A DNA stretch of 49,432 nt from Gemmatimonadota bacterium (GTDB taxonomy: Bacteria; Gemmatimonadota; Gemmatimonadetes; Palauibacterales; Palauibacteraceae), in assembly GCA_022360695.1 (NCBI GenBank), contig JAKSCH010000073.1:1-49432 (forward strand). The letters are read 5' to 3'. The notes under the pieces were generated by a model that had not been told where the DNA came from, did not search any database, and worked only from the letters and a program-made list of their open reading frames with translations. The stretch's first letter is position 1, and every line of letters starts with the position of its first letter. The position numbers and the translations under genes are program-made. Positions 18,537 to 28,159 of the stretch are shown here, in pieces.

Positions 18537-19735
18537 GATCCGTCGACCGACTCGACCGTCGGATGCGTCCGCTTGGCAGTTTCGGGCATCTCATGCATCG
18601 GCGCGTTCGTGCCCGTGGGATCGCGCTTCCGATCCTGGCCCTCCTGGCGGCCGTTCCGACGCTGGCCGGACAGGTACGCCGCGGACCGCCGCCGGCACGC
18701 CCCGATACGACGCTGCCCATGACGGTCGAGGACTACGACCCACGGTCTACGCTCGTCGTGCCGGGCAGCCCGGTGCCTCGCGCCGCGTTCCCGTTCGTGG
18801 ATGTGCATCTCCACCTGCGCGGCACGATGCCGCGCGAGGAGCTCGACCAGCTCGTGCGGGACATGGACGCGCTGAATCTCGCGGTCGGGGTGAACCTGAG
18901 CGGTGGCAGCGGGGCCTGGCTCCGGGATCAGATCGAAGCGTTCGAGACCGCGTACCCGGGCCGCTTCGTTGTCTTCGCCAACATCGATTTCCAGAACATC
19001 GATGATCCGGAGTTCGGCGCGCTCGCGGCCGCGCAGCTCGAGCGCGATGTCGAGGCCGGTGCCCGGGGTCTCAAGATCTTCAAGAGCCTCGGGATGTGGA
19101 TCCGAGACGGAGCGGGCGAGCGCGTGCCCGTCGACGACCCACGGCTCGACCCGATCTGGGCGAAGGCGGGAGAGCTCGGGATCCCGGTGCTGATCCACTC
19201 GGCGGACCCGGCCGAGTTTTGGCAGCCGATGGACGAGCGCAACGAGCGTTGGCTCGAGCTCCGTTTGCGGCCGCGCCGTGGCCAGCAGCGGAGCGACTTC
19301 ACGTTCGAGCAGGTGCTCGGCGAGCAACTGAACATGTTCCGTCGCCACCCGGGAACCACGTTCATCGCGGCCCACCTGGCGTGGCTGGGGAACGATCTCG
19401 GTCGCCTGGGGCAGACGTTGGACGAGATCCCGAACATGAACGTCGGGCTCGGCGCGGTCATCTACGAGCCGGGCAGACAGCCGCGGTTCGGCCACGAGTT
19501 CTTCGTCGAATACCAGGATCGCATCCTGATGGGGAAGGACTCGTGGCAACCCGAGGAGTACCCGACGTACTTCCGCGTCTTGGAGAGCGCCGACGAGTAC
19601 TTCCCGTATTATCGGCGCTACCACGCGTTCTGGCGGATGTACGGGCTGGATCTTCCCGACGAGGTGCTACGGAAGGTCTACTACGAGAACGCGCTCCGCA
19701 TCATCCCCGGGATCGACCGCTCCCGATTCCCCTAG
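18533..19735 (+). CDS. Exported amidohydrolase_2-type metal-dependent hydrolase
   Basis: The start overlaps the upstream stop (ATGA at 18533-18536). An alternative ATG at 18593 gives the signal peptide MHRRVRARGIALPILALLAAVPTLAGQ. FVDVHLHL is an HxH metal site, and VLIHSADP is also present. Confidence 0.8.
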   Translation: MRSVDRLDRRMRPLGSFGHLMHRRVRARGIALPILALLAAVPTLAGQVRRGPPPARPDTTLPMTVEDYDPRSTLVVPGSPVPRAAFPFVDVHLHLRGTMPREELDQLVRDMDALNLAVGVNLSGGSGAWLRDQIEAFETAYPGRFVVFANIDFQNIDDPEFGALAAAQLERDVEAGARGLKIFKSLGMWIRDGAGERVPVDDPRLDPIWAKAGELGIPVLIHSADPAEFWQPMDERNERWLELRLRPRRGQQRSDFTFEQVLGEQLNMFRRHPGTTFIAAHLAWLGNDLGRLGQTLDEIPNMNVGLGAVIYEPGRQPRFGHEFFVEYQDRILMGKDSWQPEEYPTYFRVLESADEYFPYYRRYHAFWRMYGLDLPDEVLRKVYYENALRIIPGIDRSRFP

Positions 19736-19768
19736 TCGGCGATCGGGCGGACGGGTTCGACACTCATC

Positions 19769-20419
19769 TTACTGGTGTGGTGCAGCAAACGTCCCTCGCC
19801 AGAGGCTGGCACCGAGCTCCGCTCGCTCCGGTTCGTGGTCGGCCGAGGCGGTGAAGCGGATGTAGACGATCACCTCGAGCTCCATGTCCACGGGGCCCTG
19901 GTCGGTGAGACCGATGACCCGCATCGAGATCGGACCCCGGTCCTCGAACAGGACCTCGTTCAGCTCGCGGAGCCGATCGGGGGCCAGATCCACGCGAAAG
20001 TCGTTGTCGACCTCGACGGGAACCCCCTGCCACTCCCCCACCGCCTCGATCCACGGCTCGTTCGGTCCGGGTCGCACGTCGACCTGCCCGTCCAGCTTCT
20101 TCGCACGATTGTCGGGGCCCAGCGACTTCATCTTCACCGCGACGTACTCGCTACGAAACGCCCGGCCCCACCTGCGGAAGGTGTCCTTCTCGTCGGGGGG
20201 TACCGGGGGGAACGTCACCACGTTCTCCGCACCCGTATCCGAGCCTTTCAACGGGAGGTCGAACGCGAACGACTCGCCCGGCTCGTAGACGAAGTCGAAA
20301 CCGAAGTCGCCCTCGAACTCCGGCATGTCGGGCTCGCAGGCCGTGAGGACGGCGATGCAGCAGGCCAGGAGACCGACGTAGCGGCTCCTCGATGAACGAA
20401 CGCTGAACGGCTCCAGCAC
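19769..20419 (-). CDS. Hypothetical lipoprotein
   Basis: The lipobox is VGLLACCIAVLTAC. No family was recognised. The start is either the GTG at 20419, immediately after AAGGAGG with very short spacing, or the ATG at 20464. Confidence 0.55.
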   Translation of the reverse strand: MLEPFSVRSSRSRYVGLLACCIAVLTACEPDMPEFEGDFGFDFVYEPGESFAFDLPLKGSDTGAENVVTFPPVPPDEKDTFRRWGRAFRSEYVAVKMKSLGPDNRAKKLDGQVDVRPGPNEPWIEAVGEWQGVPVEVDNDFRVDLAPDRLRELNEVLFEDRGPISMRVIGLTDQGPVDMELEVIVYIRFTASADHEPERAELGASLWRGTFAAPHQ

Positions 20420-20523
20420 ACGACCTCCTTTTATTTCGCCCGAGAGTCTCGCCTCACGCGTCACCCGACAATACCCGTATCGAGGTATGGCACCATTTCG
20501 GGCGGAGCGCGGCTAGCCCGACA

Positions 20524-22578
20524 TCACTGCTGTTCGCTCGTGGCTTCCGGAAGTGTCAGTCGGTCCACGTCCACGGTGAGCGCGTCGATCTGCGCCTGGA
20601 CCGCCGGGTCGACGTCCGGATCGACGCGGCCGCCCAAGCAGTCGCCGAAGAACACCTCCATCGACCGGTAGAGCGCCATGCGGTTGTCCGCGTTCGCGAA
20701 CCCATGACCCTCGTTCTCGGCCAGCAGGTAGGTCACGGGGATGCCTCGATCCCGAAGCGCGATCGCCATCTGATCGGACTCGCGCTGTGTGACCCGCGGA
20801 TCGTTCGCGCCCTGGACGATCATGATCGGGTCCTCGATCTGACCGACGAAGTTGAGCGGCGAGCGCGCCTGCATGTCCTCGAGATCGTCCACGTCCGCCG
20901 GATCGCCGACGTGCCGATAGAACGTGCCCTCGAGGAACGGCCGCCAGTAGGCCGGGAACGACTCGATCAGCGTGACGAGGGACGACGGTCCCACGTAGTC
21001 GAGACCGCACGCGAACACCTCGGGCGTGAACGTGAGGCCGACCAGCGTCGCGTATCCGCCGTACGAGCCGCCGTAGATCCCGACGCGCTCCGGGTCGGCG
21101 ATCCCTTCGGCAACCGCCCATTCGACGCCGTCGACGAGGTCGTCGTGCATGGCACCGGCCCACTCCCCGACGGCGGCGTTCAGGAAGCTCTTCCCGTATC
21201 CCGTCGAGCCTCGGTAGTTGATCTGGAGCACGGCGTAGCCGCGGTTCGCGAGGAGCTGGACCTCGGGCTGGTAGCCCCAGGTATCGCGCGCCCAAGGGCC
21301 GCCGTGCACGACGAGGATCATCGGCAGGTCCTCGGCCGGCATGCCCCGCGGCGTCGTCAAATATCCGTGGATCGTCAGGCCGTCACGGGCCTGATACGAC
21401 ACGGGCTGCATGTCGGCGAGCCCCTTCCCCTCGAGCCACGGGCGTGGCCGGAACAGGAACTCCGTATCGCCGCTGTCGCGGTCGAACAGATACGTGGCCC
21501 CCGGATCGATCGGATCGTTGAACGACACGACGAACGTGCGCTCGTCGAGCGTGCTGCTGTTCACGTTGGGCGAGCCCGCGTGCACGGCCCGCAGCTTGGC
21601 GAAATCGCTCGCCCAGTCGTCGTCGCGGAAATAGATCCGCGTGGTATCCGCCACGTATGCGGTGCCGATGAGCTCATCGGTCACGTTGCTGAAGATCGCG
21701 GAGCCGAAGTCCACTTCCCCGGATGGATCCCGTTCCACCTCCTCGGTCTCGCCGGTCGCGAGGTCCATCAAGACCAAGCCGCTCAGATCCACGTCCCCGT
21801 GATCGCTCGAGATGTAGAGCCGCCGATTGTCCTTGTGGAACTGGATCGGGTTGACGTTCTCATCGGGTGGGTAGCTCGCGACGAGCCGCCATTCCGACGC
21901 CTCGTCGTCGCGCGCGAAGATGTCCGAGCCGCCCTCCGCGTTCTGCCCGAGCGCCACGCGAACGCGAAGTTCGTGATCGATCAGGTAACCCCCGTGACGA
22001 CCCGGGTTCTCGGCCACCATGGTGAGGTCGCCGCTCTCCAGATCGAGCCAGTAGGCGTCGAACACCTGTGGGTTTCGGCGGTTGAGTCCGACGAGGATCC
22101 GATCCGGGGCGTCGGTCGGCACCGCGAAGATCTGCGCGCGCACCCCGTCGTACGGGGTGAGGTCGCGCGCTTCGGGCGTCGCGGTCCCGTCGACCGGCAC
22201 GGCGTAGATGTGGAAGTTCTCGTTCCCGCCCTTGTCCTGGACATATAGGATCTTCGACGCGTCGATCGCCCAGAAGTACCCGGTCACCGGGCGCTCCGTG
22301 TCGTCGGTCAGCTGGATCTCTTCGTCCGACCCGATCCGTTTCGCGAAGACGTTGAGCTTCCCTTCGTACGCCTTGAGATAGGAGAGCCACTCGCCGTCGG
22401 GCGAGATCTGGGCGCCGGCGATCTCGGGGTTGTCGAAGAAAGAAGAGACCGGGATGATCGCGGGTACCGCCTCGTCCGGACTGCCGTACTCCGCCACCGC
22501 GGACTGATCCGCCGGAGCGCAGGCCCCTGCCAGGAACGTGGCGATCAGCGTCGGCGGGACGGTTCGTCGTGTGTACAT
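20524..22578 (-). CDS. S9-family serine peptidase (prolyl oligopeptidase / dipeptidyl peptidase type)
   Basis: N-terminal beta-propeller region followed by an alpha/beta hydrolase domain. The nucleophile elbow is GIYGGSYGGYAT. The Asp region is VQGANDPRV and the His region is ENEGHGF. Confidence 0.9.
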   Translation of the reverse strand: MYTRRTVPPTLIATFLAGACAPADQSAVAEYGSPDEAVPAIIPVSSFFDNPEIAGAQISPDGEWLSYLKAYEGKLNVFAKRIGSDEEIQLTDDTERPVTGYFWAIDASKILYVQDKGGNENFHIYAVPVDGTATPEARDLTPYDGVRAQIFAVPTDAPDRILVGLNRRNPQVFDAYWLDLESGDLTMVAENPGRHGGYLIDHELRVRVALGQNAEGGSDIFARDDEASEWRLVASYPPDENVNPIQFHKDNRRLYISSDHGDVDLSGLVLMDLATGETEEVERDPSGEVDFGSAIFSNVTDELIGTAYVADTTRIYFRDDDWASDFAKLRAVHAGSPNVNSSTLDERTFVVSFNDPIDPGATYLFDRDSGDTEFLFRPRPWLEGKGLADMQPVSYQARDGLTIHGYLTTPRGMPAEDLPMILVVHGGPWARDTWGYQPEVQLLANRGYAVLQINYRGSTGYGKSFLNAAVGEWAGAMHDDLVDGVEWAVAEGIADPERVGIYGGSYGGYATLVGLTFTPEVFACGLDYVGPSSLVTLIESFPAYWRPFLEGTFYRHVGDPADVDDLEDMQARSPLNFVGQIEDPIMIVQGANDPRVTQRESDQMAIALRDRGIPVTYLLAENEGHGFANADNRMALYRSMEVFFGDCLGGRVDPDVDPAVQAQIDALTVDVDRLTLPEATSEQQ

Positions 22579-22883
22579 CGAAGCACCTCTCGGAAGTGAT
22601 GGGCACGAGTCGCGGACGCGTCGCTACGCGAGGGTCGGACTTCTTCACCCTACGGAGACCCTCGCGGGAAAGTTCGGCGCGAGCTCGGTAGCCGGGGTCT
22701 CGGGCGTCGATCCAGGGCGTCGGGATGCTCTCGACAGAGACCCTCGACGGAATGGATTTTGACGTCGAGGGACAGGGATCGGTCGGATGCGACGACCGCC
22801 AGGCGTTATCTAGGCGCCATTACAACACGTTCCGGGACCGTACACTGCCACACGATAACCACAACTCCGCGGCGTCCGACGTA

Positions 22884-24830
22884 ATGGCGTGGCTCGCGAC
22901 GCCGAGCGCCGTCCCCAGGAAGCACCTATGGCTCGGCGCGATCCTGCTCATCGCGATCAGCCTGCCCCCTCGGGTGGCGCAGCTGTCGAACCTCAGCTTC
23001 CACGGGGATGAGGAGACGACCGCGCTCGCGGCTCGATCACTCGTAGAGACGGGAACGGCGCAGATGCCGAGCGGGATGGAGTATCGTCGTGCGCTCCCGT
23101 ACACCTGGCTCAATGCGGTCATCGCCGGGCGCGTCGGGTTGGAGCGCGAGGCGTCGTATCGCATGGGCCCCGCGTTGATCGGGAGCCTGACGCCGGCTGC
23201 CCTGTTCGTGGTGGGGTCCACGATGGTCGGGGCGGTACCGGCGTTTGCGGCGGGTGCGCTCCTGTCGGTATCGGAATGGCACCTCGTCTTCTCGCGACTC
23301 GCGCGGATGTACTCGCCGTTCATCCTCTTCTACTTCCTGGCGGGGTGTTGGCTATGGAGGTGGGCGACGACGGGTCGGGGTCGTTATCTGGCCCTCGGCT
23401 CGGTCGCGTTCGCGGCGACGATCTCGATGCATGCGCTCGGCATCTTCGTCGTACAGTACGCGGTGCTTCCGATCGCCTTCGCGGGTGCGGCCGCGGTTTC
23501 CGTGGCACGGATGCTGAGCGTCGCGGCGATCGGGGCCGGGTTGGCGGCCGCGTACGATCGGTTCTTCGTCCAGATTCCGTATCGAGCGTGGCCCGGGCTG
23601 GAAGCCGGTCGACAGCTCGCGCGCGACGACTTGCCGCCGGTCATGCCGACGGTCGGTTCGATCTGGATCGTCGCGGCGCTCGTGGGTCTGGGGCTCGGGT
23701 TTGCCGCGTATCTCTTCCTGCGAAGTCGAAGGGACGAGCGACCGCCGGCGGTGCCCATCGTCCTGTGCCTGATCCTCGGGCTGGCGGCGGCGATGGTGTC
23801 GCTGGGTCAGCTGGCCGCAGCGGCGGCTATGGCCCTGGTCGGTCTCATCGTCGATCGGCCCGGGCTGCTGCGAATGGCCTCCCGCGAGCGTCTCGCGGTC
23901 GGTGCGCTGTGCGTGATCGGTCTCGCTTGGACGGCGGCCATGGTCGTCTCGCGTGGACCCGTCGAAGGCATCAAGGCGGTGATCTACTTCCCGTACCCGT
24001 ACGCGATCACGTTGCTACAGCAGCAGCCGGCTACGGTGGGGCTGGCCGGGGTCGCGATCTTGTGGACGGTGTTCACGCGGGCCGACGCGATTCCCGTCCG
24101 GGCCATGGCGCTTTCGGTGATCTTGCCCATCCTCGCGATCGGAGCGGTGCTGAGGTGGGGCGCGCCGCGGTACTTCGCGCATCTCTATCCGTTCGTCGTG
24201 CTGCTCGCCGCTTTGAGTCTCGCGGGTGGGGTCGCCTGGATCCTCACGCGCGCGAAGCTCCCTCGGACGCGGCTGGTCGCCGCTACGCTCGGCGTGTCGA
24301 GCCTCGTGGTCGGCTCGGGGCTCCTGCGCCAGCATGGGGTTCCACAAGCCATCGGAGTGACGACGCTCGAGCACGGCGACCCGACGGACCCGGCGCTCCA
24401 TGCCCGTTCGTTTCGAGCGGACCACGCGCTGCCGGGCGACTACGTGCGAGAGAATGCCGCCGAGGACGACATCGTGATCGCCGTGGACGTCCTCGAGCAG
24501 GCCTGGTACGTGGGTGAGGTGGACTACTGGCTGCGCGGTGAGAACGACGCGTACGCGTATCTGTACTCCGAGTCGGACGAGCCGGGCGTGTTCCGCGAAT
24601 TCTACGCTTCCTCGGAGCTCCTGCGCTCGCGGAGCCAGTTCGATCGTCTGCTGGCGGAGAACCCGGACCGGAGAATCTGGCTCACCACCTCGGGGGAGAT
24701 CGGCCCGGACGATGAAGTCGGGCTACCGCAGGAGCTTCGAGACGTGATCGCGTATGCGGCGGCCACCGGCGTAGAGAAGGCCGTCGGACGCGACGGGGTG
24801 ACGCGGGTCTATTGTCTCCACTGCGAGTAG
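22884..24830 (+). CDS. Polytopic GT-C-fold glycosyltransferase (ArnT/PMT, GT39/83-like) with a C-terminal soluble domain
   Basis: I trimmed ORF 22725..24830 to the ATG at 22884. An acidic first-loop motif, SFHGDEETTALAARSL, follows TM1. By eye there are more than 10 hydrophobic segments, then a roughly 190-aa hydrophilic tail. The family call is inference from topology and motif. Confidence 0.65.
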   Translation: MAWLATPSAVPRKHLWLGAILLIAISLPPRVAQLSNLSFHGDEETTALAARSLVETGTAQMPSGMEYRRALPYTWLNAVIAGRVGLEREASYRMGPALIGSLTPAALFVVGSTMVGAVPAFAAGALLSVSEWHLVFSRLARMYSPFILFYFLAGCWLWRWATTGRGRYLALGSVAFAATISMHALGIFVVQYAVLPIAFAGAAAVSVARMLSVAAIGAGLAAAYDRFFVQIPYRAWPGLEAGRQLARDDLPPVMPTVGSIWIVAALVGLGLGFAAYLFLRSRRDERPPAVPIVLCLILGLAAAMVSLGQLAAAAAMALVGLIVDRPGLLRMASRERLAVGALCVIGLAWTAAMVVSRGPVEGIKAVIYFPYPYAITLLQQQPATVGLAGVAILWTVFTRADAIPVRAMALSVILPILAIGAVLRWGAPRYFAHLYPFVVLLAALSLAGGVAWILTRAKLPRTRLVAATLGVSSLVVGSGLLRQHGVPQAIGVTTLEHGDPTDPALHARSFRADHALPGDYVRENAAEDDIVIAVDVLEQAWYVGEVDYWLRGENDAYAYLYSESDEPGVFREFYASSELLRSRSQFDRLLAENPDRRIWLTTSGEIGPDDEVGLPQELRDVIAYAAATGVEKAVGRDGVTRVYCLHCE

Positions 24831-24848
24831 GCGGGTAAGGGTGGTAGT

Positions 24849-24873
24849 CGGCCCCCTCAAGCCGTCGGGGCCG
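24849..24873. terminator. Hairpin in the convergent gap between the GT-C and GT2 genes
   Basis: cggcccc-(11 nt loop)-ggggccg forms a 7-bp GC stem. It sits in the 26-bp convergent gap and overlaps the 3' end of the GT2 gene. Confidence 0.3.
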
Positions 24874-25975
24874 CGGATCGATCGGTGCCGGGATCCCTCT
24901 CACCGTTCGTCTCGTCTCCGTCGCGTTCTTCCACGGCGCGCTCGGGGGTAGGTCCGCTGGCACGTATCGGCGTCTCCTCCGGTACGACGATCGGTCGCTC
25001 GAGGCGGTAGGTCGCGCGATCGCCCACCGAGAAGTGGACGATGATCTCTCCGATCAACCCGAGCGCGATCGACTGGACGCCGAGCACCACGGCCAGGACC
25101 GCCAGGACGAGCGCGGGGCGGTTCGCGAGCGGCGTGTCGCCGGCGAAACGCTGGAACGCAGTCACCGCGAGCATCACGCCCCCGATCAACGCCAGTATCG
25201 TCCCCACGAGACCGAAGAACCGCAGCGGCTTGTGGGTGAAACGGCTGAGAAACGCCATCCCCAGCAGGTCGATCAGACGTCGAAGGTACGTGCCGGGCGA
25301 GTAGAGCTTGGCGCGCTGATCGCGTCCGTGCTGCGTGACCTCGACCTCTTCGACGACGAAGGCCTCCCGACTCGCGAGCAGCGGCAGGAACCGGAACGCG
25401 TCCCCGTAGAGGGGGACCTCGTCGAGCACCTCCGGCCGCATGACCCGAACGCCGGACGCGAGGTCGCGGAACCTCGTGCCCACGAACCCGTGGAGCAGGA
25501 TGTGGAAGCCCCAGTGCTGGATTCGGTTGAGCAGGTGATCTCTCTTCTGGATCCGCACGGCCGTCGCGAGCGCCGCGCCTCCGCGCACGCTTTCGACCAG
25601 CTTCAGGAGCTCCGAGGGCTCGATCCGGCGGTAGGCCGGCAACGTGACCAGGAGCTCACCGCGAGCGTGCTCTCGCGCCACCAGCAGCAGGTTCGACTCG
25701 CCGGCGCGTTCCCCCGCCTCGAACACCCGGATGGGGTGGCCCCATTCGGCGAGCGCCTGGATCGGCGCGAGCGTATCCGTCCCCCACACCTCCGCGACGA
25801 ACAAGAACTCGGCGGTCTCGCCGTGCTCGTCGAACACGGCGCGGAACTCGTCGTAGAGCTCGTCGAGCGCCTGCGGGTTCTCGGTTACGGGTACGATGAT
25901 GGTGAGATCGGGTCGTGCTCCGTCCCCGTTCGAGCCACCGTCCCGACGTCGCGCCACTTCGTGCTCTCGACCCAT
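24857..25975 (-). CDS. GT2-like membrane protein with degenerate catalytic motifs
   Basis: I trimmed ORF 24857..26980 to the ATG at 25975 (cat at 25973-25975), 5 nt after the stop of the upstream GT2. It has a GT-A-like N-terminus (LTIIVPVTEN) and two C-terminal TM helices. However, FVAEVWGTDT replaces the usual FVDDGS.D.T, and LLVTLPAYRRIEP replaces the DxD motif. Confidence 0.7.
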   Translation of the reverse strand: MGREHEVARRRDGGSNGDGARPDLTIIVPVTENPQALDELYDEFRAVFDEHGETAEFLFVAEVWGTDTLAPIQALAEWGHPIRVFEAGERAGESNLLLVAREHARGELLVTLPAYRRIEPSELLKLVESVRGGAALATAVRIQKRDHLLNRIQHWGFHILLHGFVGTRFRDLASGVRVMRPEVLDEVPLYGDAFRFLPLLASREAFVVEEVEVTQHGRDQRAKLYSPGTYLRRLIDLLGMAFLSRFTHKPLRFFGLVGTILALIGGVMLAVTAFQRFAGDTPLANRPALVLAVLAVVLGVQSIALGLIGEIIVHFSVGDRATYRLERPIVVPEETPIRASGPTPERAVEERDGDETNGERDPGTDRSAAPTA

Positions 25976-25980
25976 CCGCG

Positions 25981-26958
25981 TCACGCGAGCAACTCTCCTC
26001 TCGCCGGCGCGCTCACGGCGCCTTGCCGGCGCTTGGATCGGATGAAGAACTCCGCCAAGAGCCCGAGCATCAGCAGATAGGCCGACAGCGCGATCAGCAG
26101 CAGCACGACGGAGCCGAACGAAAGCCCGATGTCGACCCACCGGTAGGAGTTGAAGAGAAGACTCGCGCTCGCGGCGACCCCCAACAACAGCGCGGCGAGC
26201 AGCGGCGCCATCGCCCAGAGCGAGAACAACCGGAGGGGCCGCAACCGAAACGAGCGGATCATCTTCACGGTGATCAAGTCGGCCAGCACCTTCCCGACGC
26301 GCGACAGACCATAGCTGCTCTCGCCGGCGATCCGCGGGTGGTGGCGAACCTCGAGCTCGGCGATGCGGGCGGCGGCCGTACCGGCGGCCAGAGCGGGGAT
26401 GAACCGGTGCAGATCCGAGTACAGTCGCATTCGCTCGAGCAGCTCGCGCCGATAGGCCTTGAGCGAGCACCCGTTGTCGCGAATCGGCACGTTCGTGATC
26501 CAGCGGATGATCCGGTTGGCGATCTTCGAGGGGATCTTGCGAGTCAGCCACTTGTCCTGCCGGGCCATCCGGTACCCCGCCACGAGATCGTACCCTTCGG
26601 CGAGCTTGTCCAACAACGCGGGGATGTCGGCGGGATCGTTTTGGAGATCGCCGTCCATCGTCACCACGACCTCGCCGCGGCAATGGTCGAACCCCGCCTG
26701 CATCGCCGTCGACTGACCGTAGCGACGCGCGAGCGATACCAGGCGCACGCGAGGATCCGCCTCGCCGAGCCCGGCGACGACCTGTGCGGTCGAGTCGGTG
26801 CTCCCGTCGTTCACGAAGATGAGCTCCCAGTCGTTGTCGCCGAGCGCGGCCCGCACCTTCTCGGCCAGCGGACCGACGTTTTCCTCCTCGTCGAGCACGG
26901 GCACGACGATCGAGAGCTTCGGCTGGTTCGGCATACGGCGGCTCGGGGCAACCTCCAT
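25981..26958 (-). CDS. GT2 polyprenyl-phosphate glycosyltransferase (GtrB/ArnC/DPM1-like)
   Basis: Motifs: LSIVVPVLDEEENV, ELIFVNDGSTDST, ARRYGQSTAMQAGF and VVTMDGDLQNDP (DxD). Two C-terminal TM helices are present. This is the classic architecture of lipid-phosphate sugar transferases. The start is either 26958 or the ATG at 26934. Confidence 0.85.
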   Translation of the reverse strand: MEVAPSRRMPNQPKLSIVVPVLDEEENVGPLAEKVRAALGDNDWELIFVNDGSTDSTAQVVAGLGEADPRVRLVSLARRYGQSTAMQAGFDHCRGEVVVTMDGDLQNDPADIPALLDKLAEGYDLVAGYRMARQDKWLTRKIPSKIANRIIRWITNVPIRDNGCSLKAYRRELLERMRLYSDLHRFIPALAAGTAAARIAELEVRHHPRIAGESSYGLSRVGKVLADLITVKMIRSFRLRPLRLFSLWAMAPLLAALLLGVAASASLLFNSYRWVDIGLSFGSVVLLLIALSAYLLMLGLLAEFFIRSKRRQGAVSAPARGELLA

Positions 26959-27079
26959 GCCTCACGGAGCGCGGTCGCATCGGTCCGGGGTGCGGCCGTC
27001 CCCGAGACGGGACGCCGGACGGGCTGATGCGGTGTTGCGGATGAGCGACAGATCCCGATTCGGCGCTGAACCGCGCGGC

Positions 27080-28159
27080 TCAGCGCCGGCTCGGGGTCGC
27101 TCGAGCCGCGGGTCGGGACTCGTCCGCCACCGGCGCCGCCTCGGCCAGCTCGTCGATCGGCTGCTCCGGATCGGTGACGTGCAGATCGGCGAGATGCACG
27201 GCTCCGCCGATCAATGTCAGCGGTAGGACGAGGACGCGCACGACGACGGCGGCGGCGAGCGCCGAGTCGAACGGCACGCCGAGCTGAGCCGCCACGAAGG
27301 CGAACGAGCCCTCCTGGACCCCCAACCCGTTGAGCGAAATCGGGAGCGCCGCCGCGAGGCCGCTCACCGCGACGACGAGGGCGACGCTCCAGTAGCCGGT
27401 CGTAGCCCCGAGCGCGCCGAGTATGAAATACACGGCCAACACGGCGATGAAGTGGAAGACGAAGGAGTGGACCACGAGCCGCATCATCGGGCCGCGCGCG
27501 GCGCGGACCAACGCGACGTTCCGCGCCAGCGCGGCGAATTTCGGTCGTTCCCGGATCGCGGCGGCGATGCGATCGCGCAGAGCCGAGCGAACCGAGACGA
27601 GGCCCACGGACCCCACGAGCAGGGCAAGCACCGATCCGAGCACGTAGAGCCGAGCCGTGGGCGCGTCCTGACGCACGGCGACCCACACGGCCCCGATCAA
27701 CCCGAGAAACACGAGCGCCCCCAACCCCAGGAGACGCTCCACGACCACGGCGGAGAGCGCTCTCGACTTCGGAGCGCTCTCCGGCCACGTGCGAGCCACC
27801 CGGTATCCGTCGCCCCCGATCGAGCTCGGCAGGAAGTTGTTGAAGAACGCCGCCCCTGCGACGATTCGGCACAGTCGCAGCAGGGGCCATCTCAGACCGT
27901 GAGCCTCGAGCGAAGCCCGCCACTTGATCGCCGTCACCGGGTACTGCAACGCCAGCAGGAAGAAGCCGGCGGCGATCCAGAGCGGTCGCGTCCCGGCGAG
28001 CGAGGCATAGAGCTCGGACCAGTCGACCACGAGGAGCAGCACCGCGCCCAGTGCGAGGCTGATCGCGGTCTGCACCCAGAGGGCCCACGCTCTGCGGTCC
28101 GCCCTCACCGACCCGATCGCGGCGTCGCGGGCGGATGACGCGGTCGAGGGTTCGCTCAC
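27080..28159 (-). CDS. Flippase-like polytopic membrane protein (UPF0104 / lysyl-PG-synthase TM-region family)
   Basis: The C-terminal 359 codons of ORF 27080..29368. The GTG at 28159 overlaps the asnB stop (GTGA at 28156-28159). FFNNFLPSSIGGDGYR is the family motif as I recall it, and there are multiple TM helices. Confidence 0.7.
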   Translation of the reverse strand: MSEPSTASSARDAAIGSVRADRRAWALWVQTAISLALGAVLLLVVDWSELYASLAGTRPLWIAAGFFLLALQYPVTAIKWRASLEAHGLRWPLLRLCRIVAGAAFFNNFLPSSIGGDGYRVARTWPESAPKSRALSAVVVERLLGLGALVFLGLIGAVWVAVRQDAPTARLYVLGSVLALLVGSVGLVSVRSALRDRIAAAIRERPKFAALARNVALVRAARGPMMRLVVHSFVFHFIAVLAVYFILGALGATTGYWSVALVVAVSGLAAALPISLNGLGVQEGSFAFVAAQLGVPFDSALAAAVVVRVLVLPLTLIGGAVHLADLHVTDPEQPIDELAEAAPVADESRPAARATPSRR

